This document shows, one piece after another, positions 9,579-17,941 of a DNA stretch of 64,000 nucleotides. Position 1 is the stretch's first letter. Every line of letters begins with the position of its first letter. The position numbers and the translations under genes were made by a program. The notes under the pieces were generated by a model. The model did no database searches and was not told the origin of the DNA. It worked only from the letters and a program-made list of their open reading frames with translations. Origin of the DNA: an uncultured Acidimicrobiia bacterium (lineage in GTDB: Bacteria > Actinomycetota > Acidimicrobiia > Acidimicrobiales > Ilumatobacteraceae); the NCBI GenBank assembly GCA_963776995.1, contig CAVZPA010000005.1, forward strand, positions 12,765 through 76,764, in the 5' to 3' direction.

Positions 9579-10547
9579 ATGGCGGCCGTTCATGACGGTG
9601 CCATGCTGGCGACCATGGCTGTTGCCGATCCGAAGGCGGAACTCCACCGCTACCTGCAGATTGCCCGTGACGCACTGCTGTGGAAGCTCGACGGGGTCTC
9701 CGAGTACGACGTTCGTCGGCCGCTGGTCCCGACGGGCACCAACCTCCTGGGACTCGTCAAGCACGTCGCCAGCGTCGAGGCCGGCTACCTCGGCGACACG
9801 TTCGGCCGACCGTTCCCCGAGTCGCTGCCGTGGTTCGACGACGGCGCTGAGCCGAACGCCGACATGTGGGCGACGGCGGAGCAATCGCGACAGGACATCG
9901 TCGGCTTGTACCACCGCGTGTGGGAGCACTCCGACGCCACGATCGAGCGCCTCCCGCTCGACGCCCTCGGCAGGGTCCCGTGGTGGCCGGAGGGCCGCGC
10001 CGAGGTGACGCTGCACACGATCCTGATCCACATGATCGCCGAGACCGATCGCCACGCCGGCCACGCCGACATCGTCCGCGAGCTGATCGACGGCGGTGCA
10101 GGGCTGCGCGACGGCAGCGACAACATGCCCGACGCCGACGCCGCCTGGTGGGCGAACTACCGCAGCGAGCTGGAGCGCGTGGCGCGCCAGGCCAGTGGCG
10201 ACCCGGCGTTACCCGACGACGTGCGGGCGTACATCGACGCCCTCGACGAACCTCACCGCCGGTTGTTCGACCACCTCCAGGAGCTGATCCTCGGGGAGCT
10301 CCCCGACGCCTCGGTCGTCATCTCCTACCGAATGCCGATGTACAAGGTCGGCCGGCGCCACGTCGGGCTCAACGCCGGCCGCCCGAACGGGGTGACGCTC
10401 ACGACCACCGCGCCGGAGCACATCGAGGAGTTCCGGCGCCGGCATCCGGAGTTCAAGGCCAACAAGGCGAGCATCCAGTTCGGCTTCGACGACGAACTGC
10501 CCGACGACGACATCCGCGACGTCATCCGCCGAGCGACCAACGCGTGA
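9579..10547 (+). CDS. DinB-family (DUF664-like) domain fused to a DUF1801/YdhG-like domain
   Basis: The N-terminal half (LHRYLQIARDALLWKLDGVSEYDVRRP...HMIAETDRHAGHADIVRELIDG) fits the DinB/DUF664 four-helix metal-binding pattern. The C-terminal half (VRAYIDALDEPHRRLFDHLQELI...ASIQFGFDDELPDD) fits DUF1801. The start is uncertain (9579, 9603 or 9615). Confidence 0.7.
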   Translation: MAAVHDGAMLATMAVADPKAELHRYLQIARDALLWKLDGVSEYDVRRPLVPTGTNLLGLVKHVASVEAGYLGDTFGRPFPESLPWFDDGAEPNADMWATAEQSRQDIVGLYHRVWEHSDATIERLPLDALGRVPWWPEGRAEVTLHTILIHMIAETDRHAGHADIVRELIDGGAGLRDGSDNMPDADAAWWANYRSELERVARQASGDPALPDDVRAYIDALDEPHRRLFDHLQELILGELPDASVVISYRMPMYKVGRRHVGLNAGRPNGVTLTTTAPEHIEEFRRRHPEFKANKASIQFGFDDELPDDDIRDVIRRATNA

Positions 10548-11546
10548 TGGACGAGCTGCGTCGGGAGATCGACCGGGTCGCCGCCGAGACGTCGTTCTCC
10601 GGCGCTGTTCGCGTCGACCGCGAGGGTGCGATCGACGTCGCCGTGGCCTACGGACTCGCCCACCGCGGCTGGGCGATCCCCAACACCGTGGACACGCGCT
10701 TCGGCATCGCCAGCGGCAGCAAGGGCCTGACGGCGCTCGCCGTCGCCAGCCTGATCGAGGACGGGACGTTGGACTGGACGACCACGGCCCGCTCCGTGCT
10801 CGGCGACGACCTACCGCTCATCGACGACGCGGTGACCGTCGAGCAGCTGCTTGCCCACCGATCCGGGATCGGTGACTACCTCGACGAGGAGGCCGGTAAC
10901 GACATCGACGAGTACGTCATGCCCGTTGCGGTACACGAGCTGGCGACCACCGAGCAGTTCCTCGCCGTACTCGACGGCTACCCGATGAAGTTCCCCCCCG
11001 ACGAGCGCTTCGAGTACTGCAACGGCGGCTTCGTCGTCCTGGCCCTGATCGCCGAGCGGGCCAGCGGCAGGCCGTACCACGACCTCGTCGCCGAGCGGGT
11101 CTGCCGTCCGGCCGGCATGTCCGACAGCGCCTTCCTCCGCTCCGACGAGCTGCCCGGCGGCGTCGCCCTCGGATACCTCGAAGAGCGAGTCGCGGACGAA
11201 CGTGTTCCACCTACCGGTGCGCGGCAACGGTGACGGCGGGATGTACACGACGCTGGCCGACGTCCACGCCTTGTGGACCGCGCTGTTCGACGGACGCATC
11301 GTGGCGCCGGAGGTGGTCGCCGAGATGGTTCGGCCGCGCAGTGACGCGCCGTCGGAGCGGAGGCGCTACGGCCGCGGGTTCTGGCTCCACGCGACGGGAG
11401 CGACGGTCATCCTGTTGGGCTACGACGCCGGGGTCTCGTTCTCCAGCAACCACGACCCGGTGCGCCGGATCACCTACACCGTCATCGCCAACACCTCGGA
11501 GGGGGCGTGGCCGATCGCCAGGCGCCTCATCGAGCTGCTGGACTGA
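10547..11546 (+). pseudogene. Serine hydrolase, beta-lactamase/PBP4-like family; frame broken near 11181-11190
   Basis: ATG at 10547 overlaps the upstream stop (TGATG). An SxxK motif is present (ASGSKGLTALAV). ORF 9866-11233 ends in junk after GYLEE, and the sequence continues in ORF 11202-11546 (TNVFHLPVRGNGDGGMYTTLADV...). Confidence 0.75.
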
Positions 11547-11647
11547 GCCGCGCCCGGCGGTGAGCGACCGGGAGGGCTGGCGGCGGGAAACGGGTGGATC
11601 GCCCGCCGACCGGCGCCTAGGTTGCGCCGAGGAGGAGGAGCGGTGTC

Positions 11648-12124
11648 ATGGCCAGCCTCACCGAGGACATGCAGCGCGTCGTGCGGGAGCAACGGCTCGG
11701 GTTCCACGCCACGGTGTGCCCGGACGGAACGCCGAACCTGTCGCCCAAGGGGACCACCGATGTCTGGGACGACGATCACCTCTACTTCGCCGAGATCTGT
11801 TCACCGCAGACGATCGAGAACATCCGGCACGGTTCGCTGGTCGAGGTCAACGTGGTCGATCCGTTCGTTCGCAAGGGCTATCGGTTCAAGGGCCCCGCCG
11901 TCGTGCACGAGCCGGGGAGCGACGTCTTCGACGACGGACTCGAACGGCTGCGCGCCGCCGGATCGAAGCTCGTATACCGGGTCAGAGCGATCGTCGTGAT
12001 CGAGGTGCAGCACGCGCGGCCCGTCGTGTCGCCGGCCTACGACGACGGCACGATCACCGAGGCCGAGATGCGCGCCCTCCACCAGGCCCGGTTCGAGCGC
12101 TTGCACGACGCGTCCGGCGGGTGA
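11648..12124 (+). CDS. Pyridoxamine 5'-phosphate oxidase family (FMN/F420-binding split barrel) protein
   Basis: 158 aa following a strong GAGGAGGAGGAG RBS. The sequence (FHATVCPDGTPNLSPKGT...HLYFAE...) is typical of PNPOx-like proteins. Confidence 0.8.
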   Translation: MASLTEDMQRVVREQRLGFHATVCPDGTPNLSPKGTTDVWDDDHLYFAEICSPQTIENIRHGSLVEVNVVDPFVRKGYRFKGPAVVHEPGSDVFDDGLERLRAAGSKLVYRVRAIVVIEVQHARPVVSPAYDDGTITEAEMRALHQARFERLHDASGG

Positions 12125-12150
12125 TCGACCGCTCCCCGGTCTCGCGTCCG

Positions 12151-12789
12151 TCAGCGCAGCAGGGGCAGCACGTCGGGGGGCGTGCGTCCTGTTGCCGCCT
12201 CGATGAACGTGACCGGCTCGGCCATGCCGGCCAGCAGATCGACCGTGTGGGCCAACGCCTCGGGAGGGATCGACGACGCCGAGATCCCGGTCGCCGCGCA
12301 GAGGTCCAGCCCATGGACGACGGCCTCGAGCACGGCGATCGACAGCACCTCGCCGATCGGGAAGGTGCCGTTGCCGAAGTACTCGACGACGATCGGTCCC
12401 GCCGCTCGGACCTTGGCGATGACCGCAGGAGCAGTCTCGGCGAAGACCGCGACGAGCTGATCGGCGGACATCGACGCCGCCTGCCGCCGCGCCAGCTCGG
12501 CGACCCCCTCCGCGGATGTCGTCGCCACGCCTCCCGGCGCGTTGAAGCCGCGGAGCATGTCGCGCGCCGAGCCCACCGCCGGCTCGGCGTCGACCGGTTG
12601 CGTCGCCAGGTAGCCGAGCCCCCGGACGAGGAGGGTGGCGTGCGCCACCAGCGCGGCCACGTCCCAGCCGGGAAGGCGGGTGCCTGTGCGCCATGCCTCC
12701 TCCCCGACGGCCGGCAGCGTCGTGGCCCACCATCCCCAGGCGTCGGCCAGCGTCCGGGAGCGCTCGGTGAGGGCGTCCACCGCCGCCAA
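12151..12789 (-). CDS. Mycothiol-dependent maleylpyruvate isomerase N-terminal domain (DinB_2/TIGR03083-like) family protein
   Basis: 212 aa. The N-terminus (LTERSRTLADAWGWWATTL...WRTGTRLPGWDVAALVAH) matches this actinobacterial family from memory. Confidence 0.7.
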   Translation of the reverse strand: MAAVDALTERSRTLADAWGWWATTLPAVGEEAWRTGTRLPGWDVAALVAHATLLVRGLGYLATQPVDAEPAVGSARDMLRGFNAPGGVATTSAEGVAELARRQAASMSADQLVAVFAETAPAVIAKVRAAGPIVVEYFGNGTFPIGEVLSIAVLEAVVHGLDLCAATGISASSIPPEALAHTVDLLAGMAEPVTFIEAATGRTPPDVLPLLR

Positions 12790-12870
12790 TGTAGACGGGA
12801 CGCCGCGCGAAGGCGGCTGCTCACGTGGTCCGCACGTCCTTCACATGGCCCGGACTGGACGATGTGCTCC

Positions 12871-13629
12871 ATGAACGCCGCCGTGCCCGTCATCGCGCTG
12901 GACCATCCGGCCGCATTGGATGTGGCCCGGGTCGGTCGCACGTCCGCCACCCTGGCGCGGGGGCGCGCCGCCGGACTGCCGGTTGGTTCGGGCGTCGTAC
13001 TGACCACCGACTGGCGGCGCGAGGACCGCTCCACCGTCGAGCAGATCTGGCGGATCATCTCCCACGACGGCGCCCGGCCGCTCGTCGCGCGGCCCTCGCC
13101 CATCCACGGCGGGGGCCGCGCTGCCAGCAGCGGGGTGCTCGAGCCGATCCACCGCGCCCGTACCGCGGCCGAGCTGGTCGACGTGATCGACCTCATCCGC
13201 CACGGCGTCGAGTGCGCCGAGCCCCACGTGCCGGTGCTCGTGCAGCCCGAACTTCCGGCCCCGTGGCGGGGCGTGCTGTTCGAAGGCGACACCCGCGGCC
13301 GGTGGCGCCGGCAGGCGATCGTCGTGGCCCACGACGGCGATGCCGAGGACGCCTGGATCGCCGAGCTCGATCACGGCGGCCGCATCCGTGATGTCCTGTC
13401 GGGCTGGCACCTCGAACACCCCCCGCTCGAGGTGCTGGTCCGGCTGGTCCGCCTGGCGGATCGGGTGACGGCCGCCCTCGGCGGCGGGCACGACATCGAC
13501 TGGGCCAGCGACGTGTCGGGGCGCCCGCAACTCCTGCGGGCCCGACCGTCCGTGCGTCTGCGGTCGGCCTCGGACGCCGAGCGCCGTCGGCTGGTGCCGG
13601 TGGTCGTGGGCAGCGAATCGGCGGCCTGA
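12871..13629 (+). CDS. Stand-alone PEP/pyruvate-binding (PPDK_N, ATP-grasp-like) domain protein
   Basis: VGRTSATLARGRAAGLPVGSGVVLT ... HDIDWASDVSGRPQLLRARP resembles the N-terminal nucleotide-binding domain of PEP synthase and rifampin phosphotransferase. No swivel or His domain follows. Only the last 253 codons of the long ORF 11230-13629 look coding. Confidence 0.6.
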   Translation: MNAAVPVIALDHPAALDVARVGRTSATLARGRAAGLPVGSGVVLTTDWRREDRSTVEQIWRIISHDGARPLVARPSPIHGGGRAASSGVLEPIHRARTAAELVDVIDLIRHGVECAEPHVPVLVQPELPAPWRGVLFEGDTRGRWRRQAIVVAHDGDAEDAWIAELDHGGRIRDVLSGWHLEHPPLEVLVRLVRLADRVTAALGGGHDIDWASDVSGRPQLLRARPSVRLRSASDAERRRLVPVVVGSESAA

Positions 13630-13677
13630 GACGAGCACTACGTTGGTTCGCCGGAATCACGACGGAGGGGTCAACGG

Positions 13678-14577
13678 ATGGAGCTCACCAAGGGACAGGT
13701 CGGTGTCGTCACCGGCGCCGGCAGCGGCATCGGGCTGGCGCTGGCCGAGCGGCTCGCCGCGGCCGGCCTCGATCTCGTCCTCGCCGACGTGCAGGACGAC
13801 GCGCTGGCCGCGGCAGCCGAGCAGGTCGCCCGCCGCGGCGTCGACGTGCTGACGGTGCACACCGATGTCAGCAAGGAATCCGACGTGCAGGCCCTCGCGG
13901 AACGGACGCTCGAGCGCTTCGGGGCCGTGCACGTCGTCTGCAACAACGCCGGCGTGGCGGCCAGATCCGATCCCTGGTTCGGGCCGATCAGCTCGTGGGA
14001 GTGGGTGATGGGCGTCAACTTCTGGGGCGTCGTGCACGGCTGCCGAACGTTCCTCCCGCACCTCGCCGGCGGCGGCCACATCGTCAACACGGCGTCGATC
14101 GCCGGGCTGATGACGGGCTTCGCCCCGAGCTACGACGCGTCGAAGCACGCCGTGGTGGCGATCAGCGAGGACCTCTACACCACGGTCCGGGTCGTCGGCC
14201 TGCCGATCGGGGTCAGCGTGCTGTGCCCCGGGTGGGTGCGCACGAACATCCTCGACGCCGACCGCAACTGGCCCGCCGAGCTCGGCGAGAAGCCGCCCGA
14301 CGACCCGGCCAATGCGCCGTTCCGGGAGCACGTCAGCCGCGCGCTGGCCGAGGGTCGCACCCCGGCGTCGGTCGCCGACGCCGTCGCCGAGGCGATCGTC
14401 GCCGACCGCTTCTGGGTGATCCCTCACCAGGACTTCCTGGATCTGGTCATCAACCGATGGGACACCATCGCCGAGCGGGCCGACCCCGACCCCCCGGAGC
14501 ACATGCCGGGCATGCCGCCGCGCTCGCAGATCATCGCCGAGGTCCTGGCCGCGCTGGCGGTCGAAGCGCCGAGTTGA
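13678..14577 (+). CDS. SDR family oxidoreductase
   Basis: TGAGSGIG cofactor motif, NNAG, and the YDASKHAV catalytic Tyr/Lys. Confidence 0.9.
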   Translation: MELTKGQVGVVTGAGSGIGLALAERLAAAGLDLVLADVQDDALAAAAEQVARRGVDVLTVHTDVSKESDVQALAERTLERFGAVHVVCNNAGVAARSDPWFGPISSWEWVMGVNFWGVVHGCRTFLPHLAGGGHIVNTASIAGLMTGFAPSYDASKHAVVAISEDLYTTVRVVGLPIGVSVLCPGWVRTNILDADRNWPAELGEKPPDDPANAPFREHVSRALAEGRTPASVADAVAEAIVADRFWVIPHQDFLDLVINRWDTIAERADPDPPEHMPGMPPRSQIIAEVLAALAVEAPS

Positions 14578-14883
14578 CGGCCGCTGCCCTTGACCCCACC
14601 CCGCCCAGCGAGGGATCATGGTGGTGACAGGTCGTTGGGACCTGCCGTACGAACCGATCGATCATCAGTCGAGGAGGTACGGAACATAATGAGGTTCGCC
14701 GAACATCCGGAGCGTTCACCTCCGATTTGATGCGGCTGACCAGCCCGATCTGGTCGACGTCGTCTGACCCGTTTCGATCACGGACCTCGGATGCGCAGCA
14801 AGGACGCGGACGCGTCATCCGCTCGCCACCGGGCTCGGCCGCCATCCGGCGGGCAGCGCACGATCGTCAGTCGGGAACCACCG

Positions 14884-14927
14884 GACGTCCCGCCGACAGG
14901 CTCACGGCAGCCCGTCGGCGGGACGTC
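14884..14927 (+). other. Perfect 14-bp stem hairpin (GACGTCCCGCCGAC / GTCGGCGGGACGTC, 16-nt loop), followed by a second small hairpin at 14934-14946 and CCGGTTTT
   Basis: Read directly from the sequence. It lies inside a 483-bp gene-free region. It could be a terminator or part of a structured RNA. Confidence 0.6.
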
Positions 14928-14950
14928 TCGCGTCCGGAGTCTCCGGCGAT

Positions 14951-15015
14951 CCGGTTTTGAACCGAAGTCAAGGCCAGAAGTGGCCCTGAATCTTCTCCAG
15001 AACCTGTTGGGGCGG
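14951..15015 (+). repeat. 65-bp repeat, copy 1 (inverted partner at 17827-17891)
   Basis: CCGGTTTTGAACCGAAGTCAAGGCCAGAAGTGGCCCTGAATCTTCTCCAGAACCTGTTGGGGCGG. The reverse complement of 17827-17891 differs at only about 6 positions or indels. Confidence 0.9.
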
Positions 15016-15060
15016 TGGTCCGGGGCCGTGGTCCGGCGCCGGGCGACTTACAGTCCGGGC

Positions 15061-15912
15061 ATGGACATCGGGGCCTTGATCTTCCCCACGGACCTGTCGA
15101 TCCGCCCGGACCGGCTGGCGACGGAGCTGGAGTCACGGGGCTTCGAGTCGCTGTGGGTCACCGAGCACACCCACATCCCGACCAGCCGGCGCACGCCGTG
15201 GCCGGGCGGCCCGGTCCTGCCGGAGGAGTACCGCCGGACGCTCGACCCGTACGTCGCCCTCGCCAGCGCGGCCGCCGTGACCGAGCGGTTGCGGCTCGGC
15301 ACGGGGATCACGCTGGTGGCCCAGCACGACCCCATCGTCCTCGCCAAGACGGTGGCCTCGCTGGACCACCTGTCCGGCGGACGCGTGCTGCTCGGGATCG
15401 GTGTCGGCTGGAACGAGGACGAGATGGAGCACCACGGCGTCGACCCGGCGCGGCGTCGCGCCGTCGCCCGGGAGCACGTCCTGGCGATGCGTGGGCTGTG
15501 GACCGAGGAGGAGGCGTCCTTCGACGGCGAGTTCGTCCGCTTCTCCCCGTCGTGGAGTTGGCCCAAGCCGGTGTCCGACCCGCACCCACCGATCATCATG
15601 GGCGGCGCCGGTGGGCCGATCACGTTCCGCCACGTCGTGGAGTACTGCGACGGCTGGATGCCGATCCACGGTCGCCGCAACATCGCCGACAAGCTCGACG
15701 ACCTGCGGCAGGCTGCCGACGACGCCGGCCGGGACATGGCGACGATCCAACTGGGCGTCTTCGGGTGCCCGGCCGATCGGGCCGTCATCGACGGTTACGC
15801 CGAGCTGGGCTTCACGCGCTGTGTGATCGGCGTGCCCCCGACCGGGGAGGACGACGCCCTGCAGGCGCTCGACCGCGCCGCTGACGTCGTCGCGGGCGTG
15901 GCGCTCGACTGA
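15061..15912 (+). CDS. LLM class (luciferase-like) F420-dependent oxidoreductase
   Basis: 283 aa. ESLWVTEHTHIP, LGTGITLVAQHDPIVLAK and GGRVLLGIGVGWNEDE fit the luciferase-like monooxygenase fold family. Confidence 0.85.
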   Translation: MDIGALIFPTDLSIRPDRLATELESRGFESLWVTEHTHIPTSRRTPWPGGPVLPEEYRRTLDPYVALASAAAVTERLRLGTGITLVAQHDPIVLAKTVASLDHLSGGRVLLGIGVGWNEDEMEHHGVDPARRRAVAREHVLAMRGLWTEEEASFDGEFVRFSPSWSWPKPVSDPHPPIIMGGAGGPITFRHVVEYCDGWMPIHGRRNIADKLDDLRQAADDAGRDMATIQLGVFGCPADRAVIDGYAELGFTRCVIGVPPTGEDDALQALDRAADVVAGVALD

Positions 15913-15915
15913 TCC

Positions 15916-16716
15916 GTGCGGGTGCTGGGGATCGACCTGGCATGGGGTGAGGGTCGCGCCGGCAGGGCACCGAACGAGACCGGCCTCGTCGCCGCGGAGC
16001 CGTCCGGACGGATCCTCGACGCCGGCTGGGCACGCGGCCTGGACGAGGTCGCGGCGTGGATGGCGACATGGTCGGCGGACGACACGATCGCCATGGTCGA
16101 CGCCCCGTTGGTCGTCCGCAACGTGACGGGGATGCGGCCGTGCGAGCGCGAGGTCGGACGGTGCTACGGCCGCTGGAAGGTCGCGGCCAACGCCTCCAAC
16201 CTGGCGTTGCCGGCGCTGGCAGGCGTCTCGCTCGCCGGGCGCCTCGCCGCCGACGGCTGGCGCTGCGCCGACGGCCGGGGCGGCCCGCCGGCGCACGGGC
16301 GCTGGCTGTACGAGGTCTTCCCGTACACGACGCTCGTCGGCGCCGCCGAGCTCGGCTACGACGGCCAGCGCCCCGTCTACAAGCGCCGGCTGCGGCACCT
16401 CACCCCGGCGGCGTTCCGCGAGCTGCGGGCCGCCAACTGCGACGAGCTGGTGCGCCGCATCGACGGGCTCCGGGCCGTCGATCCGCCCATCGACATCCGC
16501 TCGCACCCGGCCACGGCGGCGCTGCGCGACGAACCGACGCCACTCGCCGACCGAGCCGTCAAGCACCGTGAGGACCTCATCGACGCCGTGTTGTGCGCCT
16601 GGACGGGGCTGCTCTGGCGACGTCACGGCCTCGCCCGCTGCCAGGTGCTCGGTGACGGCGAGGGCGATCCGCCGGCGATGATCCTCGCCCCGGCGCGGCC
16701 CGAGCAACGTCGCTGA
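15916..16716 (+). CDS. DUF429 domain protein (predicted RNase H-like fold)
   Basis: GTG at 15916 lies 3 nt after the LLM stop. The N-terminus VLGIDLAWGE...GLV... and the C-terminal HREDLIDAVLCAWTG pattern are typical of DUF429. Confidence 0.7.
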   Translation: MRVLGIDLAWGEGRAGRAPNETGLVAAEPSGRILDAGWARGLDEVAAWMATWSADDTIAMVDAPLVVRNVTGMRPCEREVGRCYGRWKVAANASNLALPALAGVSLAGRLAADGWRCADGRGGPPAHGRWLYEVFPYTTLVGAAELGYDGQRPVYKRRLRHLTPAAFRELRAANCDELVRRIDGLRAVDPPIDIRSHPATAALRDEPTPLADRAVKHREDLIDAVLCAWTGLLWRRHGLARCQVLGDGEGDPPAMILAPARPEQRR

Positions 16717-16740
16717 CGGCGCCGTTACGTTGGGCCGACC

Positions 16741-17803
16741 GTGTCCAGATCAGCCGGCGATCCGGTGCTCACGTCGCTCGATCTGCGCCGCGCCGTGATG
16801 GCCCGGCAGCTGCTCGTCGCCCGCGCCGCGATGGACATCCCGTCGATGCTGGAGGCGGTCGCCGGCCTGCAGTCGCAGTACGCGCCGACGATGTACGTCG
16901 GCTGCTGGTCCCGCCTCGCCGCGTTCCGGCGAGGCGACCTCACGGCCGACCTCGAGCGGCGGCGGGTCGTCCAGGCCACGCTGATGCGCTCGACGATCCA
17001 CCTCGTGTCGGCCGGCGACTACTGGCCGCTGGTGCGGGCGATCCGCCGGTCGCGCCGCGACTGGTGGCTGCGCACACACGGCGTGCGTGATGACACGGCC
17101 GCCATCGAGGCGGCCGCGCTGCGGGTGCGGGCGGCGCTCGAGGAGCACGGGCAGCTCACCCGCAAGGAGCTCGACGCCGTCGCCGGACGCGGCCTGTTCG
17201 ACGGCGCCACCGTGTTCCTCGATCTCGTTCGCGTCCCGCCGTCGGGGACGTGGGAGCGCCGCCGGGCCGATCTCTACGCGCTCGCCGAGACGTGGGTCGG
17301 TCCCGAACCCGACCTCGACGACGACGTCGCCATCGACCACCTCGTGCGTCGCTACCTCACCGGGTTCGGACCGGCGACGGTGAAGGAGATCGCCGGGTGG
17401 GCGGGGACGACGGCGGGCGAGATCGCCCCGTCGCTCGAACGGCTCCCCCTGCGGCGGTTCCGCGACCGAGGACGGCAAGGCGCTCGTCGACCTGCCAGAC
17501 ATGCCGATCCCCAGCGGAGACGACAACAGCGATGCGCCGGTCGTCCGATTCATCGGCACGTGGGAGGCCCTGCTGCTCGTCCACGCCCGGCGGGCCGTCA
17601 TCCTGCGCGAGGAGGATCGCCCGCGGATCTTCAGCAACCGGACGCCGCACTCCTTCAACACGTTCCTCGTCGATGGCGTCGTCGAGGGCACGTGGCGCTA
17701 CGACGATGGCGCCATCGAGGTGACCCCGTGGCGCGACCTGACCGGACCCGTCGTCACCGCCGTCCAGACCGAAGCCACCGCCCTGGCCAGCCTCTTCGCC
17801 TGA
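16741..17803 (+). pseudogene. HTH_42 superfamily winged-helix DNA glycosylase (AlkZ/YcaQ family); frame broken near 17461-17470
   Basis: The N-terminal part (AGLQSQYAPTMYVGCWSRL...ATLMRSTIHLVS) is typical of the family. After LERLPLRRFRD, ORF 16741-17874 becomes junk and the sequence continues in ORF 17501-17803 (EDGKALVDLPDMPIPSGDD...RFIGTWEALLLVH...FLVDGVVEGTWRY). Confidence 0.75.
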
Positions 17804-17826
17804 CCCGGCTGCACCCGGGTGGGCCG

Positions 17827-17891
17827 CCGCCCCCAACAGTTCTGAAGACGATTCATGGCCATTTCTGGCCTTGACTTCGGTTCAAAACCGG
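17827..17891 (-). repeat. 65-bp repeat, copy 2 (inverted relative to 14951-15015)
   Basis: Reverse complement: CCGGTTTTGAACCGAAGTCAAGGCCAGAAATGGCCATGAATCGTCTTCAGAACTGTTGGGGGCGG. Confidence 0.9.
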
Positions 17892-17941
17892 TGTGGGGGC
17901 GGCCGAGAAGGTGGGGGGACGGATAGTGGCAGCATGGGGGC

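Noticed and set aside
14578-15060. RNase P RNA, tmRNA, SRP RNA or 6S RNA in the long non-coding region.
   Set aside because: Hallmark sequences are absent by eye: the GAGGAAAGTCC-type P4 region of RNase P, the tmRNA tRNA-like ends and tag ORF, and the SRP GGAA/AGCA domain IV.
14951-17891. Calling the inverted-repeat-bounded cassette a transposon or mobile element.
   Set aside because: There is no transposase, integrase or recombinase inside or nearby, and I saw no target-site duplication at the outer ends. It is kept as a repeat observation only.
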